A stretch of DNA of 63,917 nucleotides, counting the filler, from Collodictyon triciliatum (taxonomy: Eukaryota), in assembly GCA_043381765.1 (NCBI GenBank). It is 8 parts of 8 records of this genome, joined end to end, with 100 filler letters (N's around TTAATTAATTAA, not from the genome) between each part and the next. Parts side by side here need not be neighbours in the genome. Positions count along the whole stretch, not along the records: positions 1 to 7,912 come from JBHJMP010003676.1; positions 8,013 to 15,920 come from JBHJMP010003677.1; 6 more parts are not named here. The stretch is one strand, 5' to 3'. This document shows positions 1-10,558 of the stretch, piece by piece (positions within the stretch are counted from its first letter, which is position 1; the number at the start of each line of letters is the position of its first letter). Position numbers and translations under genes: made by a program. The notes beneath the pieces were generated by a model. The model was not told the origin of the DNA and made no database searches. It worked only from the letters and a program-made list of their open reading frames with translations.

Positions 1-2099
1 AAAATTTTTTTGTACGCTTAAAAAACAGTCGGAGTAGTTTCACAAGATACACCCGCAAGATTAAAAAAAAAAAAAAGACCAGATATGAGTATTGATATGA
101 TTACTTTTTATCTCAATGATTTTCGATTCTTTTAGTCCCGAGAAGAACGCTTTCCATTTGGTTGACTGTCTCATGTATTACCGTACTTGGCGAAGCAAAT
201 GTTAGCAGCTTATTATAATAACATTGGGGTGCATTTTGTAAAGAGGTTATTGCGCTTTATAAACCAAACAGTTCTTAAAGATGAGAATATGAAGAATGCT
301 ATTAAAAAGACAGAGTTACGAAAGTTAAAAAAAGAAACCATCTTCAAGACACTCGAAATATCGGAGCAATATAAAGAATGGGCTGCAACACATTTGCGCC
401 ATATCATTACCAACAATATTTTAAATGGTATCGAATATGACGTCAAAGTCAATCCAAATAATTACACGCCATACCTGATTTACATGAATCGCATTTTTGA
501 GGACATAGGAACCAAACTGTTTCAACCAATCTCTATAAGAACTACCAATATTTCATGTCATATTAGTCTAGATACTGCATGTTTGATGGGTCTATTAGTA
601 TTATCTGGAATGACATTATTGCTGAACAATATATAAGGATGCAAAGGGACACTATGGGATGAGTTCTTTGAAATGAAGAAGAGAGTCTTCCATCAAAGAG
701 ACCAGAATTTTAAATACATGATACAAACAGACGGCTTGGTGGTGTCATTATTGTTTGGAAACAAAGGTATTTCAAATTCAAAATTCAAAATTCAAAATTC
801 AAATATAATAAAAACCCCAAGAATATGTTTATATATATGAACTTCCCAAAGAGCGGTTATCTTTATTAGCCAAAAAAAAAAAAGCAGTTAGACTGGATGC
901 AGGCAAGTTTAATTTGGTTTACATGGTGGACGAGGCAGGTAAGAAATTACGTTACACGTCACACCAAAAATGACATGATAGCATATCTCTTAAAAACCAC
1001 AAAATACTCTTGCGCGAGAATGAAAAGTATAATGCTTCAGGGGGCATAAATGGAAACAGATTTACAAAGTGCTGTTTCTTTTAGTCCCATGACTGTTGAA
1101 GGGAATCAGCGGTTTGAGACATCAAGAGTATCTTAAATCGATTTAGAAACAGAACTGAGTAAACATAATCATGATGGTCGACTATGAAAATTTCGAAAAT
1201 ATGCATCTATGAAATCAAGATTCCAGATAGAATTATCCAGATTTTATTTTTTTTTTTCCTTTATTCGATTCAAAGTGTAGCGAGGTTATGCCATACAAAG
1301 GGGCGGGACGGGAGCGCATGGGAGAGAGCAAACGCGAGTAGGAGAAGACACTACCGTGGAGAGGGTAGCACTGGAAAGTAGTCAGTGATAGCGAGCTGGT
1401 CAGGTGGGCGACCCAACTGGTTGATTGATTGCGTGGGTAGCATGGGTTGGATATGTTGTGGGAGATATCTTACGACACATTCCCACATATCTCTTCGCTT
1501 GCGGTCAGAGTAGCGAAGAATGCGGCCGTGTTTCAGCAGGTTGTTCAGGAAGCTGTATTGCACGAGGCTCTCAAGCCTGGGTACATTGATTTCTCGTTCG
1601 GGTGAATCATTGGAGCGAGAGAATGCACGCACACTCCATAAGGACCACATCAATTATCCAGATTTTGTGAACAAGTAACTTTTCGAAAGATGATATGGAG
1701 ACAGTATGTTAATACAAAAAGAAGTGAAGAATTGTTTATGGAACGTATCGAAAAGACATTTGGCCAGGATGTTATACTAGCGTATGGAGACTGGAGCACA
1801 AAATGTCTGATGAACCATTTTATGCTAACAATCGGAAGAGGATTACGAAAAATACTATCCAAACGTTTTCAAACAGTGTAGATGAATTAAGAACCTCCAA
1901 TATGTGCTGCAACTGCGAAAAAGAAAAACTAAGATATATGTAACCGAAAGGAAATACATAATAGTTGTATAGATGTCTCATGTGTAAAGAAAGCAATCGC
2001 TCAGAAAGCAAACAAAGTGAATTCTTGACAAGAGACTTTAACAGCGCTAAAAGTATACTCAAGAAAGTTCTTTTAATCCTTCAAAATATGCCTACACCT

Positions 2100-2110
<11 letters not shown>
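1..2110 (+). pseudogene. Fanzor1/TnpB-like RuvC nuclease pseudogene (frameshifts, stops, LINE insertion)
   Basis: Fragments read: MIQTDGLVVSLLF; RuvC-I LDAGKFNLVYMVDEAGKKLRYT (D 896-898); IEKTFGQDVILAYGDWS...GRGLRKILSKRF; RuvC-II VDELRTSNMCCNC (E 1884-1886); zinc finger RCLMC; RuvC-III TRDFNSAKSIL (D 2034-2036). Confidence 0.85.
1246..1651 (-). mobile_element. 5'-truncated non-LTR retrotransposon (L1/Tx1-like LINE, family A) inserted in Fanzor copy 1
   Basis: Perfect 15-bp TSD AATTATCCAGATTTT (1231-1245 and 1652-1666). 3' end reads CTACACTTTGAATCGAATAAAGG plus poly(A). ORF 1351-1653 aligns with the C-terminus of the zf-RVT ORF at 22019-22819. Copy 2 has the empty site. Confidence 0.9.
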
Positions 2111-2156
<46 letters not shown>

Positions 2157-2280
2157 AGGCTGTTGGGTCTTTTCTGGCAGCCTTCACCACTACACGACCT
2201 TTGCGAAAAAAGTGGCGAGACCTTGGATACTGGCGCACTAGGTTTACGATTCGAAAGATTGGTATACCCCTTCTAGTATA
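2157..2280 (+). ncRNA. Candidate Fanzor omegaRNA scaffold, copy 1
   Basis: Non-coding block just 3' of the Fanzor ORF, conserved with 19361-19484(-). Stems AGGCTGTTGG/CTGGCAGCCT, GGTCT/AGACC and ATACTGG/CTAGTAT; GAAA loop. Confidence 0.65.
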
Positions 2281-2432
2281 CCCAAACTATTCTTCAAGCA
2301 CAGAGGGAAAAAAATTATTTTATCGGCACAGCCACAAGTATGGCGTGCATCACAGGGAACAGCGAAAGGTCGTTCGTCCAAGAAAGAACCCCAGCAAGCC
2401 GAGCACAGCGGAAAAGGGGCTTCTTTTTCTTT

Positions 2433-2468
<36 letters not shown>

Positions 2469-3290
2469 CGTCCAAAATGAAAAGAAACATGAGAAAAAAT
2501 GATTTTGAGAAAGAAACCATAATACCGTGCCCCGACCTGCGAGTCGGCCTCCAGTCATCACTGCGTGCCTGGCCATCTCGTGACTTGGGTGACTAGTCTT
2601 TGCGCAAGCCTCTCTTCCTGATTCGACAAGAATCGAGCATCCTATCACCAGAGGCCGCGGTCCTTTGCGCCCTGCACTTCCATCACAAACAAGTGCATGT
2701 GAAAAGGAAAAAGGGGTTTTTTTTCTTGTCGATTAATTATACAAATCTGGAGCGTTTTGGGCAGTCCAATAATCTGGATTCAAATCTGATGTTGAAATTC
2801 GGCCATGAAAAACAAACAGACGCAAACGTTGGTGCGGTCGGCCGCCCATCGTGGAGCCGCGCTGGGTTCTGCAGTGTCTGGGGGAGTTGTGGATCGGCGT
2901 CGGATTTCAGATCGGCATGATTCTCTTGTACTTTGGGCCTTCTGACTTGCAGAGAGCTCCTCTTTTTTTCTTCTTTTTTTTCTAAAAAAAAAAAACTGAA
3001 AAGAGTGAATGTTCTTTGATTTTCATCTTTGCTCTGAGATGTTTTTCGTGCGCTACGCTTTTGTATTTTATTTATGCTATTTTACTTCATGTCATGTGCA
3101 TTATGTGCTGAAATGTTGATCGAAAACTTGGGCAATATGTCCGTGTGTGGAGTGGTAGTTTAATGTAACCTGGCAGATTTGTCTTCTTTTTCGCCGGTTG
3201 GATTTCGCAGTATTCAAATTGAACTTCTAGATTCAATGCCATTGTTTGTATCCCCTCAAAGTTTAGAGAAAGAGGGACAGAAAGAACGGT

Positions 3291-6200
3291 ATGCACGGAA
3301 TCCGTTCCTTGGTCAGCAAAAAGAAGCGAAGATTCCAGGACTCTGGTTTCGACTTGGATCTCTCCTGTCTGATTTTGATCAATATTTTTCTCTTTTTCTT
3401 TTCTCTTTTTCTTTTCTCTTTTTCTTTTCTCTTTTTCTTTTCTCTTTTTCTTTTCTCTTTTTCTTTTCTCTTTTTCTTTTCTCTTTTTCTTTTCTCTTTT
3501 TCTCTTTTTCTCTTTTTCTCTTTTTCTCTTTTTCTCTTTTTCTCTTTTTCTCTTTTTTCTCCTTTTTCTCCTTTTTTTTCCTTTATTCGAATTCTCTTTT
3601 TTCTCCTTAATATTTATCTTTTGAAATTATTTTCTTAAAGGTGTACCCTTTTCCTAAATATCTGTTTAATACTATTCTCCACTCTTTCTTGGTCTAAATA
3701 TTTGCTCATGCATAGATGTTACTGAACGCATCATCGCCATGGGATTCCCAGCAGAAAAGTTAGAGGGTATGTACCGAAATCACCGAGACGAAGTCCTTAG
3801 GTACGCACTTATTTGCTCTACTTCAATGTTGTTTTTTGTCTTTTTAGAATCATGATATTTGCTTACTGTGGCAACATTCCACTAATCGCAGGTTCTTGGA
3901 GGAAAGGCACAAAGACCACTACAAGCTATATAATTTGTATGTATGATTATTTGAGAATGAGAAAGGAAAGCTTGGTAGAGTGAGAGACGGGTTGTTTGCT
4001 CTTGGTTTCATTCTACCCAATATTTGTTTCTGCCTCATCTAATTTCATCATGTACCTACTTATCTATATTGCTCTGCACTAGATGTTCAGAGAGGCATTA
4101 CGATACTTCAAAATTTCAAAATCGAGGTAAGTGGGTTATGTCATTATGTCGAGATGCTCTCATATATCCACATACATACATGTGTGTCACAAAATGAGGA
4201 CACTTTTGCTTAAAATGCATTCATTACAGTCGTTCGTTTCCCATTTGACGACCACAACGCCCCACCGTTTACACTAATATCTGAATTTTGTCAAGATATG
4301 GTAAATTTGACATCCCTACATAGTCATTGATAAAAGAAAAATACAAATTAATCCTGTATTTACTTGATTTTTTTAACTCATCCCATGTGTTAGTCCTTTC
4401 CTTTACTGTCAATTTTATATTAGTGCGATGGTTGGATTTACATAAGCTTACCTTGAGATATAAAAATTGATTGCCTGTTGTGTGGCATTTATATGTTCAA
4501 TGTAATCTGATCAGTAGGACTACTCAACTGCTCGATTGTATTTTTTGTAGGATACTTTCCTCACGGAGAGCTCAGAAAATGTTGCTGTTGTTCATTGCAA
4601 AGCTGGTAAAGGCCGTACGGGGGTGATGATCAGCTGCTATCTTCTATACTGTCAAATGTGGCCAACTGCTACCGAGGCTCTTAAGTTCTTCGCGGCCAGT
4701 CGTACAGAAGACCTCAAGGTAGCTTTTATCAAATAACCTCATGGCTTACTTAAATCCCTTGGAACAAAATGTCAATGAAACAAACTATTTCACATGATGG
4801 AATACAAATACTATACCATCAAATTACACTCTAATGCTGATATGTGTTGATTATTTACTATTTAATTCGACCATAATAACAGGGCGTGACGATACCAAGT
4901 CAGAATCGATACGTGCATTATTTTGACCAATATCTGAAAGAAGGGGATAAAAAGACTCCCATATTTGAGTTGAAGGCAATTCGGTTTCATACTATCCCAG
5001 ACTATGGCTCCAGTGGGGGTTGTGGTACGGTTGTATATTTCATAGTTTTTACACTGTTTTTATTGTTATGTGCGATTGGTGGTCAGAGTTGGCCAAAACA
5101 GTATATTGCTCTTCATAATTAAGCAATTCATGTCTCTCTTTTAGATCCAAGACTCCGGATCTTTGTTGGAAAACAACCCGTTTTTCATTCTAAAACTTAT
5201 GTAATTGCACTGCGTAACATAATTACCAATACTCATAACATTTGGTCGATGTATTATTTTTATTTTATTTTTATTTTATTTTTATTTTATTTATTTTTAT
5301 TTTATTTTTATTTTATTTTTATTTTATTTTTATTTTATTTTTATTTTATTTTTATTTTATTTTTATTCGTGCGTATGACCATCAATTTTGATTTGTTGTA
5401 AAAAAAAATACATTTTTAGAATATAAAAAATGAGGGCTACGATATCATGGAGTTTCCTATCGATGGGATAAATGTCAGCGGAGACGTGAAGATAGAATTC
5501 CACCACAAGGAGACCTTCTCTGCTGTAATTTTCAGACAAAAAAATTGAGAAAAAACGAAGTGAAGAAAAATAAGAGAATCTTGGATTTACACTCACTTTT
5601 TTTACTTGTACAGGTTGAGATGTTTCATTTTTGGTTTAATACCATGTTTGTTGACCCCGAAAATGCGTTCTTTACCAGAACTGAATTGGACAAAGCCCAT
5701 AAGGAAAAGAGAAAGAAGTATTTCGACGTATGTCTTTCCTCTTCATACAACTAATGACGTATATTCCGCTTTTAAGAGTGATTTGGAAATGAAACTAAGT
5801 ATCATTTGAATGCACAGCCTAACTTCAAGCTTGAGCTAGTACTCATCCCAAAAGGATTCGAGGATGAACAAAGTCGACCTCGCTTGTGCGTCAAATATCT
5901 ATCTAATTTTGATTTAATTAGTATGACCATATATTTATGTTGAACTTTTTCTTTTTCTTTTTCTTTTTCTTTTTCTTTTTCTTTTTCTTTTTCTTTTTCT
6001 TTTTCTTTTTATTAACGCCTATAATTACGGTCGATTTGCAATAATTAATAACAATCAGGGCCAACCCACGATTTTCTACACTGGAGCCTCGTCCCACGCA
6101 AAGATCAGGCACAGTAGAAGAACACCGCGTTGTGATGCCCATCGCCCATCTTGGTGAAGCCATGACAGAGCTCAAGTTGACAGAACCCTTGCCCATCGAA

Positions 6201-7562
6201 GAAGCTGTGCGAATCTCGCAGACTGAAACTGCTGACGTAATTTTCTATCAGTATTATCTACTTTACGTTCTCTTTTTTCTTCTGATTTTGTTCTTGTTTT
6301 TTGTTTTTGTTTTTGTTTTTGTTTTTGTTTTTGTTTGCTTGTTTGCTTGTTTGCTTGTTTGTTTCAGTTTATTTTGTGTTCGTTGATTACTTGGTTGTTT
6401 TCAATCTTTCGGTGTTTTGTGTGCAAGAGTTTAACCCTTATAATTTCTTGTCGGTCTTTTATTATAGAGTCTGGACCCAAAGCTTGGGTCAAAGTCGTTT
6501 GATTCGGCGCTTTCTAAACTTGAGGCCACATTTGAGATTCTGAAGGAATCTGTGAGGCAGTCTTCCACCTCCGACATTGAGCAGATCCAAAAGGTTCGTG
6601 ATTCCTTATTTATAGTTTTATATCGTTTATATGCAATGCTGTTCTTAGTACCAATTACTGATAGACCATAATATCCCCTTTGATGCGATTTATTTTTTAC
6701 TAGTCCTAGCGCATACTTCTTTCGAATAAATTGAAGAATCGATTTATTTATTCCGTCTTGTGCGAATAAAACTAAAAAAAAAAAAAATTAGACTTTTGAC
6801 TATGTGTACAAGTTATTCAATACGTGTTTAAAATCGGAACGTAAACAGGAACTTGAGAATATCAAAATTGAAGATGAAAAACATCAATTAAGTCCCCAAG
6901 AGGAAGTTCAGACCAAAATCGGCGACATTTTATCCAAAGCACGAACCAATCGATCTGTGACGTTGCTCAGAGGAGCGTCTGGTATCTTGGCACATGTTGC
7001 TGTGGTACCTTTTTACTTGAAAATTACTCCCTTTTTTTTATTGTTGTTTTCTTATCGATGCATTTTAAGCTTGAAGATTTATTCCTAGAAAAAAAATCAT
7101 AGGATTTCGACCTATATAAATGAAGGCACCAATTATAAGCCCAAAATTAATTCTAATTAATTTATTATATAGCATTTCCAAATCATCGACCCATTGTTAT
7201 CATCTCAATTGAAGAACATGGAATCTTCATTGGTTGATTGTTCGTCGGATGAACACAGACTTGCTGAAGTACGCTCTACTGCCAATCAACAGATAGAGCA
7301 AATCCGGTGAAATATATTTTCTATATTGCATCAAAAAGTACTTAGGCACGGCTTTTACTCATTAATATTCTTCGTATATCTTTTATCTCGTTTTTATCTC
7401 TTTTTTTTTTCTAATGGCATTTGTTATCTTGTCACTATATATCCCGCTTGCTGCCGCTTTTCTAGTTCTACAATTGCACAACCAACAGCCGATGGGCTCT
7501 CTGCATCCGATAGGCTGGCTTTAATTCGTCTGTGGTGCAATATTTTATCAAAGCATACAGAG
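3291..7562 (+). CDS. PTEN: PTEN-like phosphoinositide phosphatase with long C-terminal extension, multi-exon, 3' end cut by contig end
   Basis: Spliced exons give LVSKKKRRFQDSGFDLDLSY, RIIAMGFPAEKLEGMYRN, YKLYNLCSERHY, FPFDDHNAP, VHCKAGKGRTG, GVTIPSQNRYVHYF, and C2-domain VSGDVKIEF / MFHFWFNTMF / ELDKAHKEK. Confidence 0.92.
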
Positions 7563-7720
7563 GTAACCCATATACCAATCACACGATCCATTACATTACC
7601 ATCAAAAAAAAAATCATTGGATTGATATACATCAAACCTATAGTGATATTTCGAAATCTATGATACGTGAACTGTATTTCCCCGCCATACCATCATATTC
7701 CTCCATCTTTTGCGTTCTGT

Positions 7721-7912
7721 TGGTTATTATTGTTATTATTGTTATTATTGTTATTATTGTTATTATTGTTGTTATTGTTGTTGTTATTGTTGTTGTTATT
7801 GTTGTTGTTATTGTTGTTGTTGTTATTATTGTTGTTGTTATTATTGTTGTTGTTATTATTGTTGTTGTTATTATTGTTGTTGTTATTATTGTTGTTGTTA
7901 TTATTGTTGTTG
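7721..7912. repeat. (GTT/ATT)n microsatellite at contig end
   Basis: Visible directly in the sequence. Confidence 0.9.
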
Positions 7913-8012
7913 NNNNNNNNNNNNNNNNNNNNNNNNNNNNNNNNNNNNNNNNNNNNTTAATTAATTAANNNNNNNNNNNNNNNNNNNNNNNNNNNNNNNN
8001 NNNNNNNNNNNN
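7913..8012. other. Artificial contig linker N44-TTAATTAATTAA-N44 (also at 15921-16020, 23929-24028, 31936-32035, 39932-40031, 47928-48027, 55923-56022)
   Basis: Identical 100-bp spacer with stop codons in all six frames. Contig lengths never increase along the window. Confidence 0.97.
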
Positions 8013-8110
8013 TTTTTGGTTTTTGGTTTTTGGTTTTTGGTTTTTGGTTTTTGGTTTTTGGTTTTTGGTTTTTGGTTTTTGGTTTTTGGTTTTTGGTTTT
8101 TGGTTTTTGG
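8013..8110. repeat. (TTTTTGG)n heptamer array; reverse-complement array (AAAAACC)n at 48028-48130
   Basis: Visible directly in the sequence. Confidence 0.9.
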
Positions 8111-8515
8111 TAGAAAAAGGTTCTGTAGAAAATGATTAGTGAGCAGAATAAATGAGCAGAAAATATATTCGATGTACCAGAGAAGGTGAGAGTGATGAAT
8201 GATGCGATTGCTAATGCGTTATGGCGTTCATCATAATCCTATTGCTATATAAATTTATAGGAGAGCGAAAAGAGAATGGGAATCTTAAGGATGATAAGAT
8301 AAATAAATAAATAAAAATTATATCTCTGTGCGTTAAAAGGGAAAGAATGAAAGAAACCGTATAGATGGATAAGGTCATATACATTGTTTGTTTATTTGAT
8401 TGCTGATAGTGCATTCTGTTTGTTTGTTATTCAGGGTTTGAATAAGGAGCGAAGAGGTGGGGTAGAGAGGTGGGAAAAGAAGGAAAAAAGAAAGAAAGAA
8501 AAAAAGGATACTTCC

Positions 8516-10558
8516 TCAATCATCGCCAAACAAAGAAGTGCGAAGGACATTCTTTTTCCTGACGTTCACATTGCGTGCCGTACCGGCGACGGCGTCAGGC
8601 AAAGGCCCATCGTCATCATCGGCAAAAGGGTCGGAGGGTTTTGCTTGGGACAGAGGAGCAGCAGCAGGTTTTGGCTTCGGCATCGGGAGGAAGCCGTTGT
8701 CATCGTCGTCATCGTCGCCAAAGAGATTTGTCTTGCGGGGGACCTTTTCCGAAGACGGCTGGGGCAGAGACCCTGTTTGGGTATGCACGCGAGCCGCCGG
8801 CTTTGCCTCAAACAAATCGAGAGGAGTCGCCGCGGGGTCCTGCTTCTGGCTGGAGGACGAGAAGAGCGAGAGGCTGAATTTGGAAAATGAGGAGGAGGAA
8901 TTGCGGTTGCGGTTGGGGTTGTGGCTATCCTCAGGTGCGGCTGTGAGCGGTGATGGTGATGATGATGTCGACAACGGCTGCTGTTTTTGGACGTGTGGCT
9001 GTGCTTGTGGCTGTGGCTGTGCTTGTGGCTGCGGTGCGGCGGTGTGGCTGCGGCTTGTGGCGGGTCTGCTGGGGAAAAGCTCGACAATGGAGTCGGAGTG
9101 GCGCGGGGGCTGGAAGAGCGGGTCTGCGTAGAGGGGAGAGTCAGCGTGCGGGGCAGGGGGGAGGGCCGGGACGACCGGGGCGTCGCTGTGGGGAATAGTC
9201 TGCGGCGGGGCAGACTTTTCCGGGCACGGGGGCGCCGAGGCGGGCAGGATTCTGTCCCAGGGGATGGCGTACGGGTCGATGCTCTGGAGGGGCGCGATGT
9301 CTGCGGGGAGGTCGGGGAGGGGCTGGGCAAAGGCTGCGACGAGTTCGGAGCGCAGGGTGGAGAGGAGGGCGGGGTCTGCGGCGACGTGTGCGGCGTGGCG
9401 GCGGAGGGCGGCGGGGGCGTCGAGGGTGTGGTCGGTGTGGTCATTGTGGCCGGTGTGGCCGGTGTGGGGCAGGGTGAGGCGGGGGTCCGCGGCGGCGGGC
9501 AGGGCGGGCGGCAGGGGCGGGGCGCACAGGGCGGGCAGTGCGGCGCGCAGCAGCGGGGCGGCCACAAGCAGCGGCGTGTAGTTGCGGTGGGAGGCGGCGC
9601 GCACGAGCGGCGGCAGGGCGGCGAGGCTGCGGGCACGTGCGGCGAGGCGGGCGGTGTGGCGCGTGCGCACGTGCAGCAGGTGGGTGTGGCGGGCGTGTGC
9701 GGCGGCGTGCAGGGTCCTGGCGGCGGCACACAGGGTGCGGAGCGCGTGGGCGTACTGGGCGTGCAGCAGGTGCAGCGCGGCATCGAGGGCGGGCGGGGCG
9801 GCAGCGGGGCGGGGCAGGTGCTGGACCAGGTGCTGGGCCGCGTGGGCAAGGGGCGCCACCCGCCCGCCACAGGACCCCCCCGGGTGGCACAGCGGGGCGC
9901 ACGCCGGGCACAGCAGCGCGTCGCACTCCATGCACACGTGCGTCGGGGCGGCGGTGGCGGCGGGGCAGGCGCGGCGCTGGCAGGCGGGCGGCGGGGCGGG
10001 CGGCAGGTGCAGCAGCGCGGCGGGCGTGACGGGCACCACGGTGTGCCGCTGCGTGCGGCGGGCGCGCGTGTGCTGCGTCTGGCACTCGGCACACAGCAGC
10101 TCGCCGCAGTCCATGCACGCCCCGCTCGCCTCGCCGCCCCCCACGCACACCTCGCACCCCACGCGCTCGCCTCGCCCCACGCGCTCCACCTGCCGCAGCC
10201 GCCCCACCACCCCGTGTGGCCGCACGCGCAGCCGCTCGCCCCCCGCCTCCGCCTCCGGCACCCACCCGCCCCCTGTCCGCTCGCACAGCCCGCAGCCCCC
10301 GCCGCCTCCCTCCGCATCCGCGCACGCTCCGCACACAAGGTGCAGGCACCCCAGCAGCGCGCTGTCCTCCCCGCACTCCCCGCCGCACCCCGCACACTCC
10401 AGGCTCCACTCCGCCTCCGCCTCTGCCTCTGCCTCCAGTGTCCGCTCCCCTCTCGTCTCAGCTTCTCTGCTTTCCATCTCACGGGCGCTGCGGTCTCCCG
10501 TTTCCGTCTCTTCTCTCTTCTTTCTGTCTGTGCAAATGGGGTTTGGCGTTTGTGACAA
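8516..10558 (-). CDS. RING / B-box / B-box / coiled-coil (TRIM-like) protein, intronless, very GC-rich
   Basis: RING CAGC...CLHLVCGAC...CGLC; B-box CEVC...ACMDCGELLCAECQTQH...H; second B-box VCMECDALLCPAC...H; acidic C-terminal LFGDD motifs. Confidence 0.8.
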   Translation of the reverse strand: MSQTPNPICTDRKKREETETGDRSAREMESREAETRGERTLEAEAEAEAEWSLECAGCGGECGEDSALLGCLHLVCGACADAEGGGGGCGLCERTGGGWVPEAEAGGERLRVRPHGVVGRLRQVERVGRGERVGCEVCVGGGEASGACMDCGELLCAECQTQHTRARRTQRHTVVPVTPAALLHLPPAPPPACQRRACPAATAAPTHVCMECDALLCPACAPLCHPGGSCGGRVAPLAHAAQHLVQHLPRPAAAPPALDAALHLLHAQYAHALRTLCAAARTLHAAAHARHTHLLHVRTRHTARLAARARSLAALPPLVRAASHRNYTPLLVAAPLLRAALPALCAPPLPPALPAAADPRLTLPHTGHTGHNDHTDHTLDAPAALRRHAAHVAADPALLSTLRSELVAAFAQPLPDLPADIAPLQSIDPYAIPWDRILPASAPPCPEKSAPPQTIPHSDAPVVPALPPAPHADSPLYADPLFQPPRHSDSIVELFPSRPATSRSHTAAPQPQAQPQPQAQPHVQKQQPLSTSSSPSPLTAAPEDSHNPNRNRNSSSSFSKFSLSLFSSSSQKQDPAATPLDLFEAKPAARVHTQTGSLPQPSSEKVPRKTNLFGDDDDDDNGFLPMPKPKPAAAPLSQAKPSDPFADDDDGPLPDAVAGTARNVNVRKKNVLRTSLFGDD

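Larger units (their letters stand above)
1..2280 (+). mobile_element. Fanzor1-carrying transposable element, copy 1 (5' end cut by contig start; degraded)
   Basis: Collinear with the reverse complement of 19361-21230. Homology ends exactly at ...CCCCTTCTAGTATA (2280). No transposase is visible. Confidence 0.85.

Noticed and set aside
2106-2155. Poly(A) at the end of Fanzor copy 1 as a retrocopy tail
   Set aside because: Copy 2 has a short A-run at the same place and homology continues 124 nt beyond it, so it is a homopolymer expansion.
7957-7968. TTAATTAATTAA repeated about every 8 kb as a biological repeat
   Set aside because: Always centred in N-runs with six-frame stops, so it is an assembly linker.
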